64,000 nucleotides of DNA, taken from assembly GCA_043228905.1 (NCBI GenBank), contig JBHGNT010000015.1, forward strand, positions 6,572,001 to 6,636,000, in the 5' to 3' direction. The position numbers were made by a program, and so were the translations under genes. Of the stretch, positions 1-11,682 are shown piece after piece. The first letter of the stretch is position 1. Each line of letters starts with the position of its first letter. The stretch comes from Azolla caroliniana (Eukaryota; Plantae; Polypodiophyta). A model generated the notes under the pieces. The model worked only from the letters and a program-made list of their open reading frames with translations, was not told the origin of the DNA and ran no database searches.

Positions 1-128
1 TATAGCTTATTGGAACTTATATACATATTATTTTGTTTTTGGAAAATGTGATTTTAAAGAAGCTTTCTGAATATTTTTTTACTTGATATCAATGCCCTTA
101 GTGACTCTCTGGATTTGCATTCTTGTAG

Positions 129-203
129 GCAGGTGCTGCAAGAAGTGCATGCTATTGTGATCGCACATCATCAATGCCACAAGACATTTTCACTCCTTGG
201 ATT
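129..203 (+). CDS. INTS8: Internal coding exon of Integrator complex subunit 8-like gene (gene begins upstream of window)
   Basis: ttgtag| acceptor and |gtgagt donor. The 75-nt phase-0 exon encodes AGAARSACYCDRTSSMPQDIFTPWI and splices in frame to 11245. It resembles metazoan INTS8 AGAVCSDFF..VPPDVYTDQV (recalled). Confidence 0.75.
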
Positions 204-382
204 GTGAGTCTCAAAATGTATTTTTGCACTTGTGTATAAAAGGATTCTCAATTTACGAATCAATGAGGTAAAGATAAAGCAAATATGTTTTAGGATGTTT
301 AATGTATCTTGTAAAAATATTATGAACTCACCTCTAAATGAAACAAAGCATAGTAATAGGCTAGCTACATCTGTTTGTGTAC

Positions 383-690
383 AAAATGATGTTTTCCTTG
401 AAAAGTTTCCTTATAAAGACTTTTGAAGATCTCAATTCCTTTTCATTTTCTGCTCTTCATCACTCCAGCCTTTGAAATCTCAGAGCAACTACCTTGCCAT
501 CCTCCTCAGCATCTCTTTTGAAAATGTCCATCCTATGCTCACATTCATGCAACCTTTGAAAATGATGTTTTTCTTGACAAGTCTACTCATAGAGACTTTT
601 GAAAATCTCAATTCCTTTTCCTGTTCTGCTCTTCCTTACTATAATCTTTGAAATCTTTGCGCAATTGCCTTGCCATCCTCCTAAGCATCA
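383..690. repeat. Degenerate direct duplication (~130 bp unit, ~176 bp offset) in intron
   Basis: aaaatgatgtttt...gacttttgaa.atctcaattcctttt...ccttgccatcctcct occurs at ~383 and ~559. Confidence 0.7.
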
Positions 691-1466
691 TGTTTCTATG
701 CCAGTCCTACACATTGTCTTTCCTTCTTCCTTTTCTTTCCTTCTTTTACTCATTTGAGTGCCTGATTAACTTTGGTCATTTTATCATTCTTGTTTCACTT
801 CTTCATGGACTCCCTTATCGTTTTGTTTTTTCTTAATCTCCCTTGCATTGACATTATCTCCAACAAGAATTTGTTTTTACTCTTTGCTTGACCATTTGTG
901 ATTTCATCCTCTTCCTTGTGTACTAGTTTTAGTTTGCATAGTTTCTATATGTCTCCAAGGTGGTATCCGCTGGCCATGTTAGAAAACCTGAACAGGAGGT
1001 TTGGTGCTAATTTGTGTTAATTACATCTCTAGAGAGGCTTATTAGATGTGAAAAACTTGCAATCATAAAGTCATGTCATATCTCATACATTCCCCAAGTC
1101 AGGCTGGGAGAAAAGAGAGATGTATTAACACCTAAAAGACTGAAATTGTTGGGGTAAAGGCCCTAAATTACCCCCTTATAGTGTGTACATGTATATAGGC
1201 TTATTTATAAAGGCCAAAAGTCACTTATCACTTTTTTGTTATTTTTGGGCCAAGTTCAGTGTGAACTTGGCCAACCCTAATTGGGTCATATAAAATATAA
1301 GTTAAAAACTTTTGGATCTCACTTCGAAAGGTGACCTCCTCCAACTATCTCTCTCTATGTTTTCAGCCATCGCTCTACTTCTACACCTACTGCTACTGTT
1401 AGGGATTCTATACTCAATGAAGAGATCAGGAGAAAAGCAAGTGGAGAAGGTGGCAGCTCAGCCAAC

Positions 1467-2192
1467 ATGGTTAGAGGTAGGACAGATAAGAGAAGTAACT
1501 ATGTACACAGGAACAAAAGTAGAGCCAAGGAAAGGGGAAATAGCACCATAGGTAAAAGCAATGATGTAACATGCTATGAGTGTGGCAGGAAAGGCCACAA
1601 GAAGCCCGATTGCCGCTATTACAAAGCAAAACTTGAAAGAAAGAAGAATTCTATAGATAAGAAAAAGGACAAGATTGATGCACATGACAACCAAAAGGAC
1701 AAAGAGAAGGCCAATTTGGCCTCCAATGTAATCATAGAGGAGTTGTTAGATGTTGAGGACATTTTATGTGCTACTTTTTCAACTGATGATACTTATGAAT
1801 GTGATGCCTCGCTAAATGTTCATTCGCAGGACATGTGCATCACTAAGAATGATCTTATTGATGCTTTGCTGACGATCAATGATGCATTGGCCCAAACATG
1901 GATAGTTGACTCTAGTGCGTCATATCATGTGACTCCCATCAAGGGGTGTTTTTCAACTTTTATTGTAGGCAGCCATGGCCATGTATACATTGGAAACAAT
2001 CATGCATGTTCCATTGAGGGTATTGGCATTGTGCATTTTTTTACAAATAGCACTAATGAGCTGGTTTTACATAATGTGCGTTATGTACCAGGGATCAAGA
2101 AGAGCTTGCCTTTTGTGGGTCAAATGGATATGCATGGTTATAGCATTCTCTTTGAGAGAGGATATGGAAAATCACAAAAGGTTCAAGGCTGA
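1467..2192 (+). pseudogene. Copia A gag C-terminus/zinc knuckle and aspartic protease
   Basis: CX2CX4HX4C knuckle, WIVDSSASYH, VLHNVRYVP. Confidence 0.85.
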
Positions 2193-2284
2193 TTATGAAA
2201 GGCACAAAGAAGGGAACTCTTTATTGTTAACAAGGAAATGCTATATCAGGCAAGTTTATTGTTTCGGCTGAAGTTCACTCCCAT

Positions 2285-3202
2285 ATGGAGTTGTGGCATA
2301 AGAAACTTGGCCATATGAACCAAAAGGGTCTCACCAGGCTTTGTAATCTAAAGAAGCTTGATGTTAAAGGTACAAAGCTTGACTTTTGCAATGAATGCCA
2401 ATATGGAAAGCAAGTGAAGCGTTCCTTTTACTCTAGTGTGTCTCGTAAGGCTTGTGTACTTGATCTTGTTCATTCTGATGTGTGTAGCATGCCCACCAAA
2501 TCTATGGGGGATAGTATGTATTTTATTTCATTTGTTGATGATTTCTCTAGAAAAATATGGGTTCAATTGCTTAAATCTAAGCATGAAGCCTTCACTGCGT
2601 TTAAGCGTTTTCATGCATTTGTGACCACCCAAACAGGCAGAAAACTGAAATGTTTGCGTACGGACAATGGTGGTGAGTTTACAAGTGTTGGATTCAAGAA
2701 ATTTTGTGAAATTTTAGGTATTAAGAGGGAGCTTATTGTTCCATACAGCCCCTCTTCTAATTGTGTGGTTGAACGATATAATAGGACACTTTGTGAGAGA
2801 GTGCGATGCATGTTGTCCACCGCTGATCTCCCACATGGATTTTGGGGAGAGGCACTCAAAACTGCGGTACATGTATGCAATAGATCCCTCCACGTGTCTT
2901 TAAAAGGTGACATCCCTGAAGAGGTTTGGTTTGGCAAACCTGCTTCGTATGATCACTTGTGTGTTTTTGGTTGTGAGGCTTTTGTACATATAAGGCCTGA
3001 GTTGAGAAACAAACTTGATGCCAAGTCCATTAAAGGCCTCTTCATGGGATATGGTGAAGAAGGTGAAATGGGCTACAAGATTTGGATACCCCAGCTCAAG
3101 AAGGTTATACGCAACCGAGATGTTGTTTTCAATGAGGCAAGGCTGCTTCAAAAAAATTGTGCCTCAAAAGATGACTATAAAAGGGTTAGATTTTCAGCAT
3201 GA
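2285..3202 (+). pseudogene. Copia A GAG-pre-integrase/integrase
   Basis: LWHKKLGH, VHSDVC, LRTDNGGEF, ERYNRTL, VFGC. Confidence 0.9.
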
Positions 3203-3499
3203 CCAGCCACCTGTTAGACCTAGTTTTGACCATCAAAATGCACCACAAAGGACTAAAAATATTGATGATCCAATGATTTTGGAGCCAGAAGATGATGGAC
3301 AGCAAGATGAGGATCCTGAGGGGAATCTGCAGCCAAGTAATAATGCTGAAAATGGTGCTGAAAATAATGGACAGCAGCCTAATAATGATGATTTAGACAT
3401 ACCACCTGATGCTGACCCATTGCTTGACAATGTGGATCATTGGGTGAGACATTCTACTCGTATTAGACGAAATGTGCGTAGATTTGACCCCTCGTTGCT

Positions 3500-4232
3500 C
3501 TACATAATGTTGACTGATGAGGAAGAACCTCTTATATATAAAGAGGCAAAGGCATGTGAGCACAACAATAAGTGGGAGCTTGCTATGCAGGAAGAGATTA
3601 AGGCTTTGCATTCAAATAATACTTGGGACTTGGTTAAATTGCCCAAAGGAAGGAAAGCTATTCCTAACAAATGGATATATAAAATCAAGATTGTTGATGA
3701 CAAACCTAAGTATAAAGCAAGGCAGGTTGCAAAAGGATATGCTCAAACTAAGGGCATAGATTTCCAAGAAGTGTTTTCTCCTGTGGTAAAAATTACCATT
3801 TTGCGAGTGCTATTTGCTATTGTGGCTGCACTTGATTTGGAATTAGACCAAATGGATGTACTTACAACTTTTTTTCATTGTGACATTGATGAAGAGCTTT
3901 ACATGCAACAGCCCAAGGGCTTTGTTATTCTTGGAAAGGAACATTTGGTATGTAAGCTCAATAGAAGCTTGTATGGGCTGAAACAAACTTCTAGACAATG
4001 GTACAAAAAGTATGATGCTCTTATGCTCAAACATGGGTATAAAAGAAGCCATGCTGATCACTGTTTGTACACTAAAAGAGATGAAACTGGCAGCCCAATC
4101 ATTCTTGTACTATATGTAGATGATATGCTCATTGTTGCCAAGAAAAGGAGCATTGTTGATGTCCTTAAAAAGCAGCTGAAATCTGCATTTTCAATGAAAG
4201 ACCTTGGGGAACTGAACATGTACTTGGAGTAA
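3500..4232 (+). pseudogene. Copia A reverse transcriptase (continues 4696-5120 and RNase H 10436-10799)
   Basis: YKARQVAKGY, QMDV, SLYGLKQ, LYVDDML. The frame resumes after each nested insertion (TRPDIAY, DSDMAGD, KHIDVRYHFIRE). Confidence 0.9.
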
Positions 4233-4252
4233 GAATTAGGAGACAAAGGGAG

Positions 4253-4690
4253 TGTTGAGATATCAAGCTCAACTTAGTTTAGTTATTTATTCAACCATGT
4301 AACTTCGTAGTTATCTAGATAGAATCTAGTTATGAGTGTTGACTATAACGCCTTAAATAGGACCTTGTACTTAAGTGGGATATTCTAGATCCTCCACTCC
4401 TAAGTACATTTAATATAGGACTTACACCTTAGTACCTATATTCTACTCACACATGTGCACCTTTGCACATGAGATATATATATACCTCATTGTGGGTATT
4501 TTTGTATTTGATGATGATGATAATGCTAATTTAATATAGAGTTAATCATCCCCCATCTTGTGTTACTCATAAGTGTACTTCTCTCTCTCTTCCTCTCACA
4601 CATACACACACATATCACTTAATCTTCCGCTTAACTTAATCACATAATTAGGTACTAATTAACCCATAGTTAATCACCTAATTCTTAACA
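4253..4690 (+). mobile_element. Solo LTR (438 bp, Copia family also seen at 44335-44781)
   Basis: TGTTGAGA...CTTAACA termini with 5-bp TSD GGGAG (4248-4252, 4691-4695). Closely similar to the PPT-preceded LTR at 44335. Confidence 0.93.
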
Positions 4691-5120
4691 GGGAGCAGCA
4701 CACATTGTATTTATTTTAAGAAAAATACATTGATAGGGTGCTGGACAGATTTTGTATGGCTTATGCAAAGCCTCTTGGAGTGCCATTACAGCCATATGAT
4801 AAAATCTCTACGGAAGATTGTCCTAAGACATAAGAAGCAATCAATGACATGCAAGGTGTACCTTATGCTTCAGCTTGTGGTTCACTTATGTATGCTATGG
4901 TTGCTACTAGACCTGATATTGCCTATCCAATGGGGGTTGTAACCTGATTTCATGGCCAGTTCATTATGAGGTACTTAAAAGGGACTAAAAATTAATGCCT
5001 ATGTTATGGAAAAGACCCATTAGAGCTGAAGGGTTTCTGTGACTCTGACATGGCAGGTGACGTGGATACACGGAAATCCACAAGTGGCTTTGTATTCACA
5101 CTTGCAGATGGTGTTGTATC

Positions 5121-5589
5121 TGTTGGAGGGTGGCAGCTCCAGCCCTGCACTCTCTTTCATCTTTATTATCTTTGTACTATATTCTCTCCCTTCCCAAATT
5201 CTTCCCTCTCTAGAATCTGCAACTCCTTTAATGCTTCTCTCTCTAGAATTTGTAATGCTTTAAATGCCTTCTTTTTTTCTCTTCTACTTTTTCCAAGATA
5301 TTCCATTTTATTCCTAGTTTTTTGTACCTGTTTGGTAGTACAAGAGCCACTTTACTACCAAACAACCATTTCACCCACTTTCCCCAATTTTGTATAAATA
5401 GGCTATACTAGCCTCTTTTGTAAAGACTTTTTTACTTTGGTTGCTACTTAAAAACAAGCTCTATTCCTTGGCTGTGTCTTTGCTCTTTGCAACCATTTTT
5501 TCTATTACTGTCTAACAGCCTTCTCACAGCTTGGTTGTGCCTATTTTGTTTTAAGTCTTCCGCTGCTGCTATTAACAGCTTTTCTCACA
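5121..5589 (+). repeat. 5' LTR of Copia B
   Basis: Direct repeat of 9964-10430, followed by the PBS. Confidence 0.96.
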
Positions 5590-5821
5590 TGGTATCAGAG
5601 CAGTGAGGTCTCCATATCCTCAGCCTGATTTTTTTTTTGCCAAAGAGCACACAGACCTATCTTCTTTTATCCCTCCCTCCCAACCCTACAGAGGAGGCTC
5701 TTCTGTTTTCTTTTCCCCTTATTTGAGCCTCACCTAGCATCTAGGGAGAAGTAGAAAGACCCTGAGTATCTACTTACAACTGCTGTAAATTGTCCAGCTG
5801 TAGCTCAAGAGGAGGATATCC

Positions 5822-8800
5822 ATGGCCTCACATGCCACCATTGTTTCATCAACCATTCCCCAACTCCCCAAAGAATCCATCTTGGATGGGAACAATTACT
5901 TGGATTGGGAGCTACAAATAAAGACCTTGCTACAATACCATCGTTTATGGAATGTAGTCAATGGTAGTGACAAGAAACCACCAGTAACTTCATCCTCTTC
6001 AACCAAATCAGTTGCTGGCTCATCTAACGCTGAGATTGAAGCTTGGCTAGATAAGGATTCTCGTGCTCATGCTTTCCTCATGTTTAATATTAAACCGAGC
6101 ATCACTTGTCAATTTCAAGATAAAGATGACGAGACAGCCAATGAACTATGGACAGCCATCAAAAGGAGGTATCATCGAGCTAATCATGCTCAAATGATAG
6201 CTATTGAAAGCCAACTTGCAAATCTCAAGATTCATGACACTCCCAACATCATGGATCAAATAACGGAATTTGTCACTCTCCAAAAGGAACTAGTTTCTTT
6301 GGGAAGCAAGTCCACTGAAGTTGAGTTTGTGCATCGTCTAATGATAAAGTTGCCTGAGTCATTCTCAGCCTTTTGTGACACCATTTCTCTTCTTCCCAAC
6401 ACACCTGACATGAATACATTTCTTGGTATGCTACAAGATAGGGCAATAAGGAAGAAAAGTGCTCAAACTTCCAATGAGACGCTTCTACATGCGACAAGTA
6501 AAGGCAAGTGGAAGCAAAATGGTAACTCCTACAACAAACCCAATCCAAGACCGCCAAACAACCCAGCTTACAAGGAGCTCACTTGTCATTATTGTGGCTA
6601 CAAAGGTCACATTCAGCCAGATTGTCGGAAAAAGAAAAGGGACAATGCTAAGAACTCTTCTTCTACCAGAAATCAACCTACACTGAAATCCAACTCGGCC
6701 CACTCAGCCAAAGAAACAGTTTTCCTTGGCATTGAGGAACATACTTCACATTTGGCTGGACCAACTCCTTCAACCATCGATGAGTGGTTAGTAGATAGTG
6801 GTGCCACTTCACACATGACCTATGACAAATCCATTTTGCATGATGTGAAGCCTAGCTCTTCCCAAATTTCTATAGGAGATGCCTCAAGCATTGAGGCTTC
6901 ATGTGTGGGTAATGTGTTTCTTGACAATTCTTCAAGTGAAGAACCTATCGTTCTTCAAGATGTGCTACATGTGCCTCGCATCTCTACCAACCTTCTTTCG
7001 GTTTACAAAATCACCAAGCAAGGTTATGGAGTCTACTTTGATAGCTCAGTTTTGGAAGTGATTGACACCAACAGCCTACAAATTGTAGCTAGTGGCACAC
7101 AAGAAGGGGGTTTATATCGCCTAAAAAGCTCCCATAGCCCCTTGGAAAACTCCAAATCTCATCATCTTCATCTTCTTCAAGGCTCTCATGCCTTGGTGGC
7201 ACAAGAAGATCCCACGTTGTGGCATGCTAGGTTTGGTCATCTCAACCTGTGATTCTCTTCAAAAGCTCTCCTCCTCCCAACTAGTTGAGGGTCTTCCTAT
7301 TTTCAAATCTCCCAATACCCCATGTGTTGCTTGTCTTCATGGCAAGCAACATCGAGAGCCTTTCCCTCATGAAGCCACTCATCGAGCAACATCTATCTTG
7401 GAGTTAGTGCACATGGATCTTTGTGGTCCCATGAAAACCACTACTCTTGGTGGTGCACGCTACTTCATGCTTATAATTGATGACTTCTCCTGCAAGGTTT
7501 GGGTTTATTTTCTTGTAGAAAAATCCCAAGCCTTCGCAAAATTTCAAGAATGGGTAGCTCTCGTGGAGAACGAGACATTAAAGAAAGTTCGAAAGATCAG
7601 GTCGGACAATGGTGGAGAGTTTATCTCCAAAGCTTTCCACCATTTCTGCTCTCAACGAGGCATTGCTCGCCAATTTTCTACACCCAATACTCCTCAACAA
7701 AATGGAGTCGTGGAAAGGAAGAACCGGACAGTCCAAGAGATGGCTCGTATGATACTATCTCAATCTGATCTTCCTCTCTCGTTTTGGGGTGAAGCTGTCA
7801 ACACAGCAGTCTACATCATCAACTGCTGCCCAACAAAAGCAGTTGCTAGAATGACGCCTGAAGAAGCATTTACAGGTGTAAAGCCCTCAGTATCTCATTT
7901 TAAAGTCTTTGGTTGTGATGCTTATGTTCACATTTCAGATCATAAAAGGACGAAATTTGAGTCCAAAACTAAGAAATGCAAATTTCTTGGTTATAGCACA
8001 CAATCTAAAGCATACAGGTTATGGGATTTAGAGTCAAAGTCCCTAGTCATATCTAGGGATGTTCATTTTGTGGAGTCTCAGCCGGATGACTCTAGGATTT
8101 TACCTGAGTTCATGGTTGAAATCCAAGCTCCTCTGGAATCTCCTATTTTAGATGAAGATGTCTCATCTTCAAGCCCACCATCTCCTCCTACTCAATCTCT
8201 AACTTCGCCAACAATTCAAACCTCTCCCTCAACTCCACTTGTTTCCACTCCCTCTACAAACCAGCTTCCACCACTTCCCAAGTGGCTTCAAGCCACCATT
8301 CGTGATTCTCATCTCTCCGATGCTGAACTTCATGAGTATACATCTGGTTCTCGAACACGTAAGTCACAACGGCCTCTTCACTCATGCAACTTTGCCTTAT
8401 TGTGCACTGTTGTGCAATCAAAAGAACCCACAACAGCAAAAGAGGCCCTTGTTCTTCCAAAGTGGAAAGCAGCAATGGAAGTTGAATTTGATTCCATTGA
8501 GCGGAATCATACATGGGAGCTGGTCCCACGGCCTCCACATTGACAAGTCATTGGATTGAAATGGATTTTCAAGACCAAATACCATGCTGATGGTACTTTG
8601 GATAAGCACAAGGCACGTTTAGTGGCAAAAGGCTACTCACAAGTTGAAGGAGTGGATTATGAGGAAACTTTTGCTCCAACAGCAAGGTACACATCTATCC
8701 GATGTGCGCTTGCACTTGCTGCTCACAACAAATGGGCCATTTTTCAAATGGATGTCAAGTCAGCCTTCCTTAACGGTGACTTGAAAGAGGAGGTTTATGT

Positions 8801-9956
8801 TGAACAGCCTCCAGGTTTCGAGATTTTAGAGCAGAAAAACATGATCTACAGGTTACACAAAGCCTTGTATGGCTTAAAGCAAGCTCCCAAAGCTTGGCAT
8901 GACAAAATTGATAGCTTCTTTCTTTCTCTTGGGTTTCAAAACTGTAATGCTGACAGCAATCTCTATGTTTTTTCCCAAGATAATTTGCTTTGCTTGATCA
9001 TATTATATGTTGACGACCTTCTAATTACAGGGTCCCTTGCATCTAAAATCGAGGAGGTCCGCGCTGACCTCAAAACAACCTTTGAAATGACTGATCTAGG
9101 ACTTCTCCATTATTTCATAGGTATGGAGGTCTATCAATCACATGGTGGTATCTTTCTCAGCCAACATAGGTATCTCAGGCAGCTCCTTGAGACCTATAGC
9201 ATGACAAATTGCAAGCCACTCTCCTGTCCAATGGATCCAAACTCAAAGCTATCTCGTGAAGACGATTCTCCCATATTTGAGGATATCACAAAATATAGGA
9301 GATTAATCGGGTCCCTTCTTCACTTAACTTATACCAGGCCTGATTTGTCCTATAGCGTGAGTATTCTCAGCCAATTCTCAACTGCTCCAAGACAAAGTCA
9401 TTGGCAAGCAGCTATTCGAGTTCTTCGGTATTTGGCCAACACACTCGACTATGGTCTATCTTTTAGAGGCGGCATTGAGCTTGTTGGCTACTCAGATGCT
9501 GATTGGGCAGGTGATATTGATTCTAGAAGGTCCACATCTGGCTATTGTTTTATGTTAGGTTCAGGCTTGATTTCTTGGAAATCGAAGAAGCAAAACTCAG
9601 TTTCTACTTCATCGACGGAAGCTGAATATCGCGCCTACTTGGATACTTGCTGTGAGTTGCTATGGTTGATGCAATTGTTTTCTCACATTGGTGTTTTGCA
9701 AGCCTCTCCTATTGCAGTTTTCACCGACAGCCAAAGTGCACGTGCCTTGGCACATAGCTCAGCATTTCATGGTAGAACAAAACACATCGAAGTGCACTAC
9801 CATTTTGTTCGTGACTTAGTGAAATCACAAGTCATCAACTTGGCATATTGCCCTACTCAAGAAAATGTGGCTGATTTATTTACTAAGCCACTTCCAAGGC
9901 AAACCATTGATCAGCTCCTTGATCGACTCAATGTTGGACCGCCGTTCTGGAGCTGA
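5822..9956 (+). pseudogene. Copia B gag-pol polyprotein (one frameshift near 7248, one TGA at 8541)
   Basis: Gag LDGNNYLDW, CHYCGYKGHIQPDC, WLVDSGAT, integrase IRSDNGGEF, RT LYVDDLL, RNase [19 protein letters not shown]. Split over ORFs 5822-7252, 7188-8543 and 8556-9956. Confidence 0.95.
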
Positions 9957-9963
9957 GAGGAGG

Positions 9964-10430
9964 TGTTGGAGGGTGGCAGCTCCAGCCCTGCACTCTCTTT
10001 CATCTTTATTATCTTTGTACTATATTCTCTCCCTTCCCAAATTCTTCCCTCTCTAGAATCTGCAACTCCTTTAATGCTTCTCTCTCTAGAATTTGTAATG
10101 CTTTAAATGCCGTCTTTTTTTCTCTTCTACTTTTTCCAAGATATTCCCTTTTATTCCTAGTTTTTTGTACCTGTTTGGTAGTACAAGAGCCACTTTACTA
10201 CCAAACAACCATTTCACCCACTTTCCCCAATTTTGTATAAATAGGCTATACCAGCCTCTTTTGTAAAGACTTTTTTACTTTGGTTGCTACTTAAAAACAA
10301 GCTCTATTCCTTGGCTGTCTTTGCTCTTTGCAACCATTTTTTCTACTGCTGTCTAACAGCCTTCTCACAGCTTGGCTGTGCCTATTTTGTTTTAAGTCTT
10401 CCGCTGCTGCTATTAACAGCTTTTCTCACA
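9964..10430 (+). repeat. 3' LTR of Copia B
   Basis: Direct repeat of 5121-5589, preceded by the PPT and followed by TSD GTATC. Confidence 0.96.
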
Positions 10431-11244
10431 GTATCATGGTGTAGTAGGCTGCAAAAAGTTTTTGCTTTGTCCACTACCGACACTGAATATATTTCAGTCA
10501 CTGAGGCTTCCAAGGAAGCGATATGGTTAGCATGTCTTTGCAATGATTTTAGTTTGCTTGAAAAGGCACCTATGCTTGGTTGTGATAGCCAGAGTGCCAT
10601 CTGTTTGGCAAATAATGTTATGTTTCATGCACGCACAAAACATATTGATGTGCGATATCACTTCATTCGAGAAGTGCTTGAGGATGGCCTTATCACATTG
10701 ATAAAGGTCCACACATCACAGAACCCTGCAGATGTACTCAGCAAGTGCTTACCCAAAGCACAACATCAGATATGTATACAGATGGTGGGAGTTACTTAGC
10801 TTAAAGGTGTCATTTATGCCTTTAAGTGGGAGGTTGGCATCAGAGCGAATTTAGGGTTTCAGAACTGCTGCGCAGGTTGCTGTACAGCATAGATAAGGTA
10901 TTCTACCGCGATAATCTTCAGTTTCATCGCGAAGATAAGGTATTCTATTGACAATTTCTGACCCTTTCAGAAATGGCCCACGGCCCACGAGACTCAACAA
11001 GATCATATAACTAAAAATATTTGTTTTTTCTTTGAGCACAGTGAAAGAATGTTATGAGTGAGCTAGAGAGAGAAATTATTAAGGTTCACGGGAAACCAAT
11101 ATTATCTATGGGATGGGGTTCAGCCATTGATGAAGATGATATGGTGTAAACCACCAAGCCAACAGCCATAAATACGGAGAGTGCAAAATGGAGAGGTAAA
11201 GAATGGTTCAACACTTTTTAACAATGGAATTTTTCATGAATCAG

Positions 11245-11412
11245 ATATCAAGGATGATAGAGTCGTGCAGAGCTATTGGGGCGGGATTCCAAGCAGTTAT
11301 ACTATGTCAATGTCTCCCTGTTCCAAATCTGGATTTGGCATTCCAAATATTGCAAGAGAGTGCAGCAACTACAGAGAAAGATGTTGATTTATATGCAGAA
11401 TGTATATGGGAG
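11245..11412 (+). CDS. INTS8: Penultimate coding exon of INTS8-like gene
   Basis: tcag| acceptor, |gtctgc donor, 168 nt, phase 0. It encodes ISRMIESCRAIGAGFQAVILCQCLPVPNLDLAFQILQE...YAECIWE, matching recalled INTS8 IKRMIKCC....QVAILCQFL....AFKSLQE...YIWD. Confidence 0.82.
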
Positions 11413-11496
11413 GTCTGCCAAAAAACATAAAAAACTAAATGTACAATATGGGTTTCTCTCGTCTTTGTATTTATAATGCGGTTTTTTCTGATTCAG

Positions 11497-11682
11497 GTGC
11501 CAATTTTGGAGCTTCTTATACACCTTTATTCTAAATCTGGTGATGGGATCCGTGTTGGTTGGTTGATTTCAGTGCTTCAGCAGCCTGCGTTGAACATCCA
11601 CAATCCCTTGAGTGTACGAAAATGCCATATCCAAGTGATGCAACAACGCTTTTTACAACAGTTTTATGATGAGATTTTATGA
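11497..11682 (+). CDS. INTS8: Terminal coding exon of INTS8-like gene
   Basis: Follows an 84-nt GT-AG intron with a T-rich acceptor. It encodes VPILELLIHLYSKSGD...QQPALNIHNPLSV...QQRFLQQFYDEIL*, matching the recalled INTS8 C-terminus VTILEYLTYLHHKRGE...QTELNASNPEEV...KKKFLQAM. Confidence 0.82.
   Translation: MPILELLIHLYSKSGDGIRVGWLISVLQQPALNIHNPLSVRKCHIQVMQQRFLQQFYDEIL

Larger units (their letters stand above)
5121..10430 (+). mobile_element. Full-length young Ty1/Copia retrotransposon B nested in Copia A
   Basis: LTRs 5121-5589 and 9964-10430 (TG...CA; about 6 substitutions plus one 2-bp indel by eye). TSD GTATC, PBS tggtatcagagc (tRNA-iMet) at 5590-5601, PPT gagaggagg at 9955-9963. Confidence 0.97.
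1147..10832 (+). mobile_element. Decayed Ty1/Copia LTR retrotransposon A (host of two nested insertions), inside INTS8 intron
   Basis: LTR-like start tgttgggg at 1147. Domains in Copia order: zinc knuckle CYECGRKGHKKPDC, protease WIVDSSAS, integrase, RT (YVDD), RNase H ending 10799. PPT aagtgggagg at ~10824-10832. Contains frameshifts and has no matching 3' LTR. Confidence 0.9.

Noticed and set aside
10284-10799. Membrane-anchored RNase H-like protein (also ORF 5050-5397)
   Set aside because: The hydrophobic part is translated LTR of Copia B fused by chance to Copia A RNase H.
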